64,000 nt of DNA. Origin: Lama guanicoe. Lineage: Eukaryota. Location of the stretch: assembly GCA_013239625.1 (NCBI GenBank), contig MU053881.1, positions 10,282,873-10,346,872 on the forward strand, in the 5' to 3' direction. Below the pieces are notes generated by a model. That model searched no databases and was not told where the DNA came from. It saw only the letters and a program-made list of their open reading frames with translations. A program made the position numbers and the translations under genes. This document shows positions 52,120 through 64,000 of the stretch, one piece after another (positions within the stretch are counted from its first letter, which is position 1; each line of letters opens with the position of its first letter).

Positions 52120-52950
52120 ATTATGTTAAGGGCTATAAAGAATTGGAGAAAGGCTCTGAGAGTGTACCAGTGGGACTGAGGGGTCTGAGAAGGTCTCCAA
52201 ACGAAGGATCCTGAAAGGAAGAGTTGCTGATGAACAGGAATCATCCAGATGAAGAGCGGGGAGAACAGCTTCTCAGGCTGGTAACTAAGGTAAAGGTCCA
52301 GAGACAAAAATGATGCCGTATCAGATAAGGGAGTAAATGGTGCCGCTGGGAATGCATGGATGGGCTGGAGATAGATGCTGGGAACGTGGCAGGGGAGAGA
52401 GACAATGTCAACTGAACTGAAGCGGGGAGGTGAAAATTCAAGGGTAAAATTTTGGACAATTTAAGTTTGAGAAACTTGAGAGAAATTCATGTGTTGCTGC
52501 TCAGAAGGCAATGGATTCATAAACCTCTCAGAGGAGAGGCATGGATGAGTGATAAGAAATGGTAAATATTAGCATTTGGATGGCATTAAGTCATGGGCAT
52601 GGAAGATCACTTGGGCAAAGTTTGGACAGAGAAGAACTTTGATATTCATGAATGTGCCAGAGAGAGTACCTTGTGAAGGAGGCTGAGGCACAGTGGTCAG
52701 AGGGGCAGGAACAAAGCAGGGAAACTGTAGTTGTAGGGAAGCTAGGAGAAGAGTGTCTTCAAAAGGAGGCATGGATGACTACGTGGAATGAGGTGGGACG
52801 TTAAGTAAGTGAGGACTGAGAAGTGTTTTTTGGATTTCCAACATGGAAATCACTGGTGTCCTTAACAAAGCTGTTCTGGGGTCATGGGGACAGAAATAAG
52901 ACAGGAGTAGGAGGGTAATTATGACAGGTGTAACAGTCCATATAGACAAC
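52120..52950 (-). mobile_element. L2 relic
   Basis: aattttggacaatttaagtttgag...ttaagtcatgggcatgga...aggactgagaagtg...ggaaatcactggtgtccttaacaaag. Confidence 0.75.
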
Positions 52951-53861
52951 ATTTTTTTTTTTAAGAAAAGGTAAATACGTGTGAGAGACTAAGAACACAG
53001 GCTTCAGAAAAGGTGGAAAACAAGTGAATGAAACCGAGTTGGGATTGGTATGGACAAGAAAAACCTAAAACCGAAATGCCCAATGGTTTGTGCTGTAGAG
53101 ATTCCCTGGGATGCCTGCAAGGTGGCCCCACATAATAATCCAAGAGTAGTGTGGATCGCACACTCTCACTTCCTCCCACTATTGATGGGTGCAGTCAATT
53201 AAGCTTAGCAACATTACACAGTAGTAACAGAGCTATTGCGTTTGCTATCCTGTGGGGCTGTCAGCGTACAGAGTCATTTTCCAACTGTCAGGGCAGAGGA
53301 TTCGCTCTCTAGATAGTGATTACAATCCTTTGAATGTTTATGCAGAAACTCTTCCCACCCAGAGGAGAAACGATTATGATAAGCACCATCGGTGAATGAT
53401 ACACTGCTTCCTTTTGCATTCTCAACACAAGCATAACTAAGCTACCAAAGGAATCAGAGAAGCAGACTCATTCCATAGGAATTAACTTCTTGAATTCAAA
53501 TGGTTATTGATTGGTAGGGGGGTCCGTTCTCTGCTTCCATCTATGCTCTTTTTTTACTTAATTTTAACCAAGCCCTGGATTTTACCTTTTACTCATTACA
53601 ATATTCAATTAAAAAAAAACATAAGGTACTATTTAACAGGGACAAGAAATATCAAAACGAACAAGACATGCTCCAGCTTTCATGAACTTATACTCTAGTG
53701 AAGGAGACAAGATTTATATTTATTTTGTAGCATTTCAGCAGTTTACTATTACATGAAACTGATGGCAACCTTGAGAGGAAGACAGAATAGATAATCTGAT
53801 TTTAAAGGTAGGCGGAAAGGATTTGGGGAAGATAAGCCTGAAGAGTCTAATGGCCAAACAT

Positions 53862-54025
53862 CATGGTTCTCAAAGTGGGAACCAGCATCAGCTGGAAATT
53901 TAGAAATGCAAATTCGTTGAACTCATTCCAGATCCACTAAATGTGAAACTCTGGGATGGGGCCTAAAAGCTGTTTACGAAGAGCTCCAGGTGATTCTGAG
54001 GCATACTTGAGTTTGAGAAGCACTG
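53862..54025. mobile_element. MER5A hAT-Charlie element
   Basis: ggttctcaaagtg...accagcatcagctgg...agaaatgcaaatt...ctccaggtgattctga...gtttgagaagcactg, with terminal inverted repeats. Confidence 0.88.
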
Positions 54026-54070
54026 GAATAAGAGAAAGATATTGGGCTGGACTAAAATAATGGACATTGG

Positions 54071-56982
54071 GGGTAGGGGCCAAGATAGTAGTCTAGGAAG
54101 AACTTGAGTTCACCTCTTCCCATGGGCATGCCAGAATTACAACTATTTATGGAGCAACTATCTAAGAGAATGACCTAAAGACCAGCAAAAAATATTTTCC
54201 ACAACTAAAGACACAAAGCAGGAAATACATCGAGATTGGTAGGAGAGGTGGAGACATGGCATAGTCAAGACCCACAATCCTGGTGTATGATCCACAAACA
54301 GGAGGATAATCACAGCTTCAGATGTTCTCCCCAAGGAGCAAGGGGTCTGAGCCCCACATCAGGCTTCCCCATCTAGGGGTCTTGTATCAGAAAGACAGGC
54401 ACCTGAAACATCTGGCTCTGAAGATGAGCAGGCCTTGTGTACAGGAGAGCTAGGGGGCTGTGGGAAACTGAGGCTCTGTTCTTAAAGGGCATACACAAAA
54501 TCTCACGTGCCCCGAGTGATCTGAAAGGAGCCTGGATCAGACCTGCTTTCTGATCTCAGAAAGTGTCTCAGAGAGGCAGAAGGTACCTGAGACACCCCTG
54601 GGGTAAAGACACTGGCAGCTGAAATTTGGGGGAGCTGGCAAGCACCATTCTGGAATCCTCCTTCTAACCTGTTAGTGCCAGGAGCTTACCTGCCCACCAG
54701 AGGGAAAGTACCAGCCAGTATCTCCTAAGCCCCACAGCCAGCTGCCCTGAGACCCAGCTCTGCCCACTAGTAGGTCAGCAGCCACCACACCAGGCAAGGC
54801 CTGGCAGCCAGTGGGGCCAGGGGCCAGCCTCGCCTACCAATGTACTCACAGTAGCTGGCCCCGCCACAAGAGAAAGGCCTATGCAGTCCACAGAGGGCAT
54901 ACCTTGACACACACTCATGATGTTATATATGAATCTTATGGTAACCACAAATCAAAAACCTGTAACAGAAACACACAAAAAGAGAAAGAAATCCAAACAT
55001 AACACTAAATATAGTCATCAAATCAGAAGGGAAGAGAGCAAAAGAGGAAGAAGCAAAAAATGAACTACAAAAACAATCCGAAAAAAATTGGCAAAATGGC
55101 AATAAGTACCTATCAATAATTACTTTACATGTAAATGGACTAAATCAAATCCAATCAAAAGATACAGTCATCAAATAAAAGAAATAACACTCATCTGTAT
55201 GCTGTGTACAAGAGACTCACTTTAGGACTAAAGATATGCAGACCAAAAATAAAGGGATGGAAAGGTAGTCTATGCAAATGGAAAAAGAAATCTTGGGTAG
55301 CAATACTTGTATCAGAGAAAAGAGACTTCAAAAAAAACTGTAACAAGAGAAAAGAAGGATATTACATAATGATAAATGTATCAATCCAACAGGAAGATAT
55401 AACAATTATAAATATATATGCACCCAACATAGGAACAGATAAATGCATAAAGCAAGTATTAACATAAAAGGAGAAACAGCAATGATACAATAATAGTAAG
55501 GGACTTCATTACCCCTCTTACATCAATGGACAGATCATCCACAGAGAAAAATCAATAAGCAAATACTGGCCTTAAATGACACATTAGAGCAGAGACTTAA
55601 CATATACATAGAATATTTTACCCAAAAGCAGCAAAATACACATTCTTTTTGAGAACACAGGAAACATTCTCCAGGACAGATTACATGCTAAGCCACAAAA
55701 GAAGTTGCAATAAATTTCAGAAGACTGAAATCATACTAAGCATTTTTTCCAATCACAGTATGAGACTAGAAATCAACTATAAGGAAAAAAAACTGCAAAA
55801 ACATGAACATGTGGAGACTAAATATTATGCCATTAAATAATCAATGAGTCACTGAAGAAATCAGGAGAAAATAAAGAAATACTTGGGAGACTAATGAAAA
55901 TGGAAACACAGCAATCCGAAATCTATTGGACACAACAAAAGCAATTCTACAAAGGAAGATTATAGTGATACAAGCCTATCTCAAGAAATATGAAAAATCT
56001 CAAATAAATAACCTAATCTTACACCTTAAGGAACTATTTTAAAAAAAGAACAATCAAAACCCAAAGTAGAAGAAAATAAATAAAAAGATCAGAGCAAAAA
56101 TAAACAAAATAGAGACTAAAAATAAAACCAGTAAAAAAAGATCAATGAAACTGAGAGCTGGTTCTTTGAAAAAGATGAACAAAATTAATAAACCTTTGGC
56201 TAGACTCATCTAGCGAAAAAGAGAGAGGATCAAAATAAATAAAACCCAGAGTGAAAGAGGAAAATTTACAACCTACATCACAGAAATACCAAGGATCCTA
56301 AGAGATTACTATGAATAGTTATATGCCATTAAAATGGACAACCTGGAAGAAATGGATAAAACCTTGGAAACATGCAATCTCCCAAGTCTGAATCAGGAAA
56401 AAATAGAAAATATGAACAGACTGATTACCAGTAGTGAAGCTGAATCAGTAATCACATTTTCAACAAACAAAAGTCCAGGATCAGATGGCTTCACAGGTGA
56501 ATTCTACAAAGTATGTGAAGAAGAGCTAACACCTATCTTTCTCAAACTATTGCAAAAAAATTGAAGAGGAAGGAATGCTCACAAACTCATTTTACAAGGT
56601 CAGTATAACCACGATACCCAAACCAGACAAAGACACCACAGGAAAAAAAAACAAAGAAAAAAAAGAAAATTATATGACAATATCACTGATAAAAATTCTC
56701 AACAACACAACTTAACAATACATTAAAAGGATCATACACCATGATCAAATGGGATTTATCCTAGGTAAGCAAGGATGGTTCAGTATTTACAAACCAATAA
56801 ATGTGATACATCACATGAACAAACTGAAGAGTAAAAACCATATGATCATCCCAATAGATGCAAAAAAACAAAAAGGTTTTGAAAACATGTAACATCCAGT
56901 TATGATAAACATTCTCAACAAAGTGAATACAGAGGGAACACACATCAACATAAAGGTCATATATGACAAGCCTACAGCCACA
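54071..56982 (+). mobile_element. Older degenerate L1: 5'UTR (54071-~54918) joined to the spacer and the 5' half of ORF2 (~55097-56982); ORF1 absent
   Basis: Starts ggggccaagata (L1 5' end). ORF2 remnants include [46 protein letters not shown] and IYDKPTA, with many stops and frameshifts. Confidence 0.93.
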
Positions 56983-57223
56983 ACAAGGTGGTTTCTGATG
57001 ACAGCCAGAGAGGAAGACAGCCTTAGTCCCATGACCCACAAGGTTATCAATCTTGCCAATAAGCATGTGAATTTGCAAGTGGATCCTTTCCCAGTCAAGA
57101 CTTTAAGACTCCAGCACTGGCTGACATCTGACTGCACCCTCTTGAAAGACAATGAAGTAAGCTAAGCTATGCTCAAAGTCTTGATTCAATAAAACCATGA
57201 AATAATAAATATGTGGTGTTCTG
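56983..57223 (+). mobile_element. MLT1-family MaLR LTR fragment ending at its polyA site and followed by an A-rich tail
   Basis: gacagccag...cccacaagg...ttgccaataagcatgtga...ggatcctttcccagtcaag...gctaagctatgc...aataataaatatgtggtgtt, then an A-rich run at 57224-57246. Confidence 0.8.
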
Positions 57224-58984
57224 AAAAATCAAACAAACAAAAAAAAGACTGGGCATTAGGCAACATGACCTTGGGAAAATTATTCAACTATTTCACCTCA
57301 ATTTTCTAGAAATAAATCCTATTTTGCTTGAGGCTGTAAATACATCCCCGCCAGGGGTCACAAACACAGATCTCTATAGAGATGAAGCAGGCAACATATT
57401 AGTGAAAGAAGATGGGTAGGAATAAAAGAAAATAATAGCATAAGTGAGCTGATAAATGACAACTAGGTATTAGGAGACAGAAATGAGTAGTAGGAACGAT
57501 AGCAAATTTGAAACAAAGCCCTTTTAGAAAAAAAAAAATCAAGAACAAATAAAAACCTGAATTTGTGTGCGTGTGATTACTTCATCATTAAATACACTAC
57601 AGGTTGAAATTGTACGTGTATAAGAATAAAATAACAAAAATGGAAGGAAGGAGGAAGAGAGAGATTTGAGGCTGGAGGGTTAAATTTACTTAGAAGCCTT
57701 CTGGAATAAACTATGCTGAGTTTTAGAAGTCCACATGAGAAAAACAGTATCTCTTGGAGTGAAGGTAAGGACAGTAAGGGTTGTGGCAGGAGGCAATCAG
57801 TTAGACAGCAAGGTATAAATGGTAGACTTCCATGATGGACTCCTGCCATGATGGTCTCGATCAAGGTCATACAGCTGGTAATTAGTGGAATCACACATAT
57901 GACTGCCAATTAAGGCATCCAATTAAGACTGGGAAGAAATGGCAAAGAGTTAAAGTTGCAATGCTCTTGAACTGACCTGTTTGGTCTCAAAGTGTCAAAG
58001 GGACAGAGTAGGCCAACAAAGACCAGGACTAGGAGTCTTGATTAAAAAAAGGGGTCTCACCGCTCACGTAGGCAGAATGCTGTGTGTTAAAATGACACGG
58101 AGAGATAAAAATACTGATTAAATGCAATAAATGGGGTGCAGGAAGATAAGGTTAAAAAAGAGAGGGAGAGGTGTTTTTCAAAACCTAGGTAAGGGGAGAT
58201 TGTTTGAGCAGGAAGGCAAATTTAGCAAAAACGGCACAGTCAAGTCTAGGGTCATTTCTTTCTGTCCTTTAAAAATACACACAGATAACTCTAATTCCTC
58301 TTTTGGAATTGGCCAAGATGATAGACAGAAAAATATGGCTACAACTCTTTATTTCTATTATTTTTAATGGAAACATAACAGAATATGAAAAATAGGGAAT
58401 ATGGAAACATTTTTAAGGATCCCTCACTATAAATGAGAATGCATGATCTGGAAGCACCCACTGACACTATTTCCAATGAATTAAATGCCTTGCTTAACAA
58501 GAAATAATTTTCCCCTTTTCTACCTCCTTTCCCACAAAGCAACACAGTAACATGGGATCCAGTTCAAAGCCAAATTGGCAAATTTACAAATATTGCCTGC
58601 TTATATGTGTTTCAGAATGTCATTACCTGTATCAATTATAACAAATTTTTACAGGATTACAAGATAACCCAAATCAAGATTTAAAAAAATAATATTTTTT
58701 AAAGCAAGAAATGTTTGTTATTTGCATGAGTTCAATTAAAAAAAAAAAAACCAGTTCAGGTTCTGGTCTATGCTGCTTGACTTCATAGCCTTATTTAGGG
58801 CACAGAGAGGAGGAGACAGTTTCTACATTAAAAAATAAAATAAAAAAGTACCCAGGATGGTGCTTTAAGTCACGTCTGGGCTACAGGTTAGTACCCATCC
58901 GAAGGCAACATGGCAGAGGACCTCAGGGCATTTGCAAAGGCTCTTTTCTCTCGGCACCACCTATATTTCTATCAGATTTTCAGC

Positions 58985-59290
58985 AGATTTCTGCTCCTCC
59001 TTCAAGATCCAGCACATGTACCATCTTCTCTGTGGAGCCTTTCTGGACTATGATAGCCAGAACTGATGGCTTTCTTCTTGTTTTCACAGCACTCTGCCCA
59101 TGGCTCTGTTTTGATAATTTTCTCATGTCTTATAACCATTTTTATAGCTGCCTTCTACTTTAACTATGAGTTTCTCAACAGTAGTGCCCTTGTCTCATTC
59201 ATCCTCTAACCCCCAACATTTATTAGAATATCTGGCCTACAACATATTCATGAAAAAAGCACAAATGTGAATGAGTAAGTAGGTAAAGCA
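58985..59290 (+). mobile_element. L2 3' relic
   Basis: tccttcaagatccagc...tctgtggagcctttctggac...ccttgtctcattcatc...gaatgagtaag. Confidence 0.7.
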
Positions 59291-61599
59291 AGGAAGTAGG
59301 ATATGGAAGGGAGTATGCATTTCACCAGCTCAAGACCAAAGTTCCCCTCCGTCATGTGACGAATTTAGGCAGGAGGTATTAATCTGCAACTGAGCTTACC
59401 AGCTCATGGGTCAGTCTACACTATCTAGGTACACACCCACACGTTGAAATTTCCATGCTTTATGTAGGCAAAGAGAAGCAGAGACTGGAAGGGTGTGAAT
59501 TATGTCTGCGTAACATTGGAAAGACAGTCAATTTAAGAGGATTCATTCTGTCCTTCAGTATCACTATGCCATGGGTTTCTGCAATCATAATCCGATTTTT
59601 CAGGAACAAACACCCCTGTTTATTTTTAAATTTATGACCCTCTGGCCTCTAGTACTTAAATATGCATCTACCTTTCTGCTAGGGATGCAAGACTCTACCT
59701 AATGCAGTCTTGGCCTGAGAAGTAGGAAAAGTGGTGGAAGAATCTGGTCTTGTTCACATTCATCACATATTTATAAATTTAATTTCTAATTTTTAGTGAC
59801 CACCTTCAGTAAGGTAAGGGTGGGGAGCCGTGGAATATTTTCTCTTGTGAACTATCTGTATTTGGTTTTTATACTTATCCTTTCAAAGTTCATTTTTAAG
59901 ATCACACCTATTGTCTCTTCCGTTAAACTTGATGCAAAGAATATTGTGTCAAGACAATGTTCATATTTTTGCCATGTGTATCCATATGTATACACACATT
60001 TATACAGATCCAAAACAGTAAATGACTAAAACGCTAGAAAATGACACACAATTTGAACCAAAGGGTGAGAAATTACTAGTCTGTGTCATTTCATGTAAGG
60101 GAAAATAAAGAAAATTGCTTGAAAAACACCGCAAAGTTGTAGGTAAATGTTCTGCAATTGCAAAAGGATTGCTACTTCATGAGACATTTTCCCTTACTAT
60201 TTGTATCTTCAAGCAGAATATGCAGTGTTCTGTTTATGTACAAGTTTACATTTCCACTTTGCTCTCTGATCCTCACTTGGACCGAGCCATTGATGCCACC
60301 ACCATCCGACGCTCTCAGTCTCAAGAGAGGTGAGGCATACTCAGCCGTGCACCTGCAAGGGCGTACAGACATTTCTGATTTCTCAATAGCGCAAAGACTG
60401 TACTGCTGGCGTCATCACTCCTACACTCTTCTAAGAAGCTTCTAAGAGAAATGTGCAAAATCGAATGTTCTTGGTAAGAAGCAAAGGGAAATCTTTGTGT
60501 TAAGCCCTAGATTTACTACCTTCCCATTTTATTATGTACATCTTTCAGTGTTTAATGGACCAGTCCTCCATGTATCATTTTCTGATATTCACATTCTCGC
60601 TGGCAAGACTGATAAGTCCAGTCTTCTATTGGGATGTAATTCTGTCCATGTGGCTCATTTCTCCATTTCCCTGCCCCTACCCTCTCTCTTTACTGCAAAG
60701 CATCACTAGAGACTAAATGAGATTTTGCTGTTGTTGTTTTTAAGCCTTCAACTGTCCTGCTCCTCAATTTCCAGCTGACGTGATAATCTTCTGTTTGGGA
60801 TACCACAGTTGATTACTCTAGAATGACTGTAATACTCATTATCCACCATTTGTTGAAAGGGTGGACGAAAACTGTGATTAAATAAAAATTGGCTTGGATT
60901 TTGCCTCAAACTTCTACTACATCACTTTAAGGGCTTAATTAAAATTTTGCTGTGGCTGTTTCTAAATGTTTTTCTCCATCACTTCCTCGGTCACTGCAAA
61001 TGCGGTAGACTTAATTCCTGACACCATTATTTACCATTGCCAGAATTCACACCCTTTTCCACGGAAGTTGGCAGTTCTTCAGACGGGGGATTGAATATAC
61101 GCATCTAACTCGATGGTGGGCTCAGCGATGTGACCTTCTTTGACCAATAACTCTTATGACGTGCTTACATATTTGGACTTGTCTTCTTGCATTGCTATCA
61201 TCTTTATAAAAAACCCACTCTATCAGGCATACTGACCCAAAGAAAATGAAACAGAAACATATTTGGACTCAACCCCAACCCTGGGGTCTACCTCAGCCTA
61301 GAAAGCCAATTCTCTGCCTACTTGCACATAAGTAAGAGAGAATAGTGACAAGTGTTTTAAATCTCTGACCTTTGGGACTGTTTATATATGCAACAGTAGC
61401 TGACTCATACAACGACCCACTTTGATGACTATGAGGAGGAAAAAACATAGAATTAATTTCAGTCATGACATGAATTAACATTTATAGAGCACTCATTGTG
61501 TGTAGAAATATGCAATTTGGGAAGCCATAAAAGACAGAGAAACTTTGAAGACTGCTCCAGAAGATTCTGGTGGAAGGGCATGACTCTCACCTGATTACT

Positions 61600-61960
61600 T
61601 TAATACTATTTACTGAGAGCTTCTTCTGTGCCAGACACTGTGCTACAGCTTGAAAGAACAAAAATAACCAAGATGGAGACCTGACCTCAAAGAGCATGAG
61701 GTGTAGTAGGAGACAAGCTTGCAAACAAAGCAGTGCTTTATAGAATTACACGCAGTGGCTGAATTTGAATTGTATCTAGCACAGCCATACGGAGTCCAGC
61801 ACACGGTGTCAGGGCACCTGGGTTAAAATCCAGGCTCAACCACTTCCTTCACTTTTATTTGCCTCAGTTCCCTCACTTGTAAAAGCCAGAGAATTAGCAG
61901 TTAGGCCACTGCTTAATGTATAACATGAACTCAGTGGTAGTCATTATTATCACTATTATT
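61600..61960. mobile_element. L2 3' relic (~61600-61720, minus) and MIR relic (~61780-61960, plus)
   Basis: tatttactgagagc...tgtgccagacactgtgcta...cctgacctcaaagagc, and cctgggttaaaatccaggctc...gcctcagttccctcacttgtaaa. Confidence 0.7.
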
Positions 61961-62859
61961 ATCATCATCATCAATTTCAGCAACATATTTAATATAAGTA
62001 ATAGGAAATTAGTCAACATTTCCTTGAGCATGGCACACCTGGAGACATGGCAGGCACCGTGCTAAATGCCAAGAGGGGCTGGAAGAGGAATGAAGGAAAC
62101 CTCTACTCTTAAGGAGCTCAGCAGAAACACCCATGTGAAAAGGCCAGAGGTTATACAGAGTGAAGAGAATGATCACTGGAAGAATCATGTAAGACAGATA
62201 TGCCTTTTCAATTCAAAGAAATGAAAGAAAGTATCTCATGTCTACGTAACAACCAAGACTGACCAGTTAAGAGTTTTCACTGTATGTTGACACTTTTTCT
62301 CAACCCTGCTGAATGCAGTACTGTGTAAACTCATAATTGATGGTTATAATTAAAACTCAAAAGTAAGAATTTGTATTTTTTTTCCTTGATGAACTGACCC
62401 AGTCTGACCCACATCTTCAGGAGCATGGTCTCAGACAACAAATCCCTGTGTAATCCTTTATATAAAGCTGCACGGGTGGTCTGTAGCCATACCTTTGCCA
62501 TTTGCAAATGAAAGATAGACCATTTAATCTGGTTTCCAGAGCTTACCTTGTTTATATTATTTCTAACATAGACTAAGTGCCCATCAAACAGCACTTGCAT
62601 GAATTCAACTTTCCTAATTAACCACAGCATTTAATTTCCATCCCAAAAACACATTCAGAAAGAAAACAACAGAGTAAGTTTGTTATTAAAGTTTAGTATG
62701 AAGTACAACAATAATCGTAACATTCTTCCCTCCAAATGAAACATTTGGTTGATAAGAAAAGTTTATAAAAACAGATACATACACACATACACCACCACGA
62801 CCACCACCACCACCACCCTCACAAATTAATAAATAGATATCTTTACAAAAGAGCACAAA

Positions 62860-63605
62860 GGAAATGAAGTAATTCACAGAAAGGAAATATAAATGGCTGA
62901 TATATAAAAATGTTTGAGCTTAGAGAAATTATACTAAAATTTAAACATCATTATTTTATACTTTTTGATTAATTAAATTTTGAAGTGTCCTATGCTAGCA
63001 AAAGTTTAGAAGAAAAAGAGAAAGGTTCTGTGACATATACAACTTTGTCATGATGGATTCTAAAGAGGAACTCGACACTATGAAATTTAAAAATGTGCTT
63101 AGTAGAGAGTCTACATATTCTTCTTGAACATATCTGTCTTAGAAAAATATCTGTACAAGTATACAAAGAGGGATGTGCAAGGCTGCTCATAGCACACATA
63201 ATTTCAGTAGAGAAAAACTGAAAACAACCCAAGTCTTCATCAAAATGGGAATGGTTAAACAGTCTCCCCTTCATCAATTCTACAGAAATTAAAAAGAAGG
63301 AGGTAGACTTCTGGGTATGGGAACAGAGATGTCTCTCATATTACTGGATAAAAAAGCAGGTTTCTGAACAGTATAAAAGGTATGACAGCATTTGTTTTGA
63401 AAATGCACAGACGAAATTTATTATCCTACACAAATATGTATATGTATACATGCATGGAAAATGGTTTTGAAGGATACAAATCTAGTTGTTTCTGAGAAGA
63501 GGAATAAGATTGCCAGGTACTAAGGCAGATTTTTGTTGTATTAATCCACATTGTATTAATTTTTATAAAATTTCTCATAGTTTACTATGTAATTAAAAAT
63601 AAGTA
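62860..63605 (+). mobile_element. Old L1ME-type 3' region
   Basis: aattcacagaaaggaaatataaatggct...aaaaactgaaaacaacccaagtcttcatcaa...ggaatggttaaa. Confidence 0.75.
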
Positions 63606-63609
63606 AGTA

Positions 63610-63785
63610 GGACTTTCGTTTTTGAGCAAGACGGAATAGCAAGGCCTGCATTTACAATCTCTACTGGAACAACAAAAAATGGATAAAATACAGGAAACAC
63701 ACATTTGAAGACACTGGATATCAGACAATCAAGGTCAGTAATCTCTGAGATATGCCAAACGAACAAGGTGAGGCTTATGATTACT
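63610..63785 (+). mobile_element. Old L1M 5' end, interrupted by an LTR
   Basis: ggactttc...caagacggaatagc...aaaaatggataaaataca...ctggatatcagacaat...aaggtgaggc. Confidence 0.65.
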
Positions 63786-64000
63786 ATCTCAGTCTATCTG
63801 GGCTGCTGTAACAAACAGCACAGACAGGGGGACTTATAAGCAATAGAAATTTATTTTTCCCAGGTTTGGAGGCTGTAAGTCCAAGAGCAAGATGCCAGCA
63901 TGGTCAGGTGAGGGCCCTCCTCCGGGCTACAGACTTATCATATCCCCACACAACAGAAGAGGCAAGGGAGTCCTCCTTGGGCCCCCCTTTTAAGGCAGCA
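63786..64000 (-). mobile_element. MaLR LTR (MLT1A-like), running off the window end
   Basis: ctcagtct...gggctgctgtaacaaa...atagaaatttattt...ggaggctgtaagtccaaga...ccagcatggtcaggtgagggccc. Confidence 0.88.

Noticed and set aside
55204..57165. ORFs with endonuclease/RT-like peptides
   Set aside because: They are fragments of the degenerate L1 ORF2, not separate genes.
62331..62630. 99-aa minus-strand ORF as a single-exon gene
   Set aside because: No recognisable family. Only the internal exon-like segment is kept, as a weak candidate.
1..64000. CRISPR array, prokaryotic operon, retroviral internal genes or a non-retroviral viral insert
   Set aside because: No repeat-spacer arrays or gene-dense regions, and no gag/pol/env or viral motifs recognised. 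Very old remnants would need a tBLASTn search to exclude.

Overview
Mammalian genomic DNA, most likely camelid. The assignment rests on a Vic-1-like tRNA-derived SINE and several related L1 3' ends, matched from memory of consensus sequences. The window opens inside a young LINE-1 (1-5618, +). Its ORF2 (1265 aa) is intact, but ORF1 has a single in-frame TAG a few codons after its start. The rest is AT-rich intronic or intergenic sequence: short L1 3' ends (several with target-site duplications, TSDs), L2/MIR relics, hAT-Charlie elements, MaLR LTRs and microsatellites, with repeat-poor stretches that may be regulatory. I recognise no host protein-coding gene. The most notable structures are: (i) a chimeric retrocopy at 54054-57259 (L1 5'UTR joined directly to the inter-ORF spacer and ORF2, then a MaLR LTR cut at its polyA site, an A-tail and a TSD); (ii) the ORF1-null, ORF2-intact L1; (iii) a 5'-inverted L1 nested in an older L1; (iv) an old diverged ~195-bp local duplication; (v) a speculative chain of minus-strand exon-like segments. 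Old-repeat boundaries and subfamily names are by-eye estimates.
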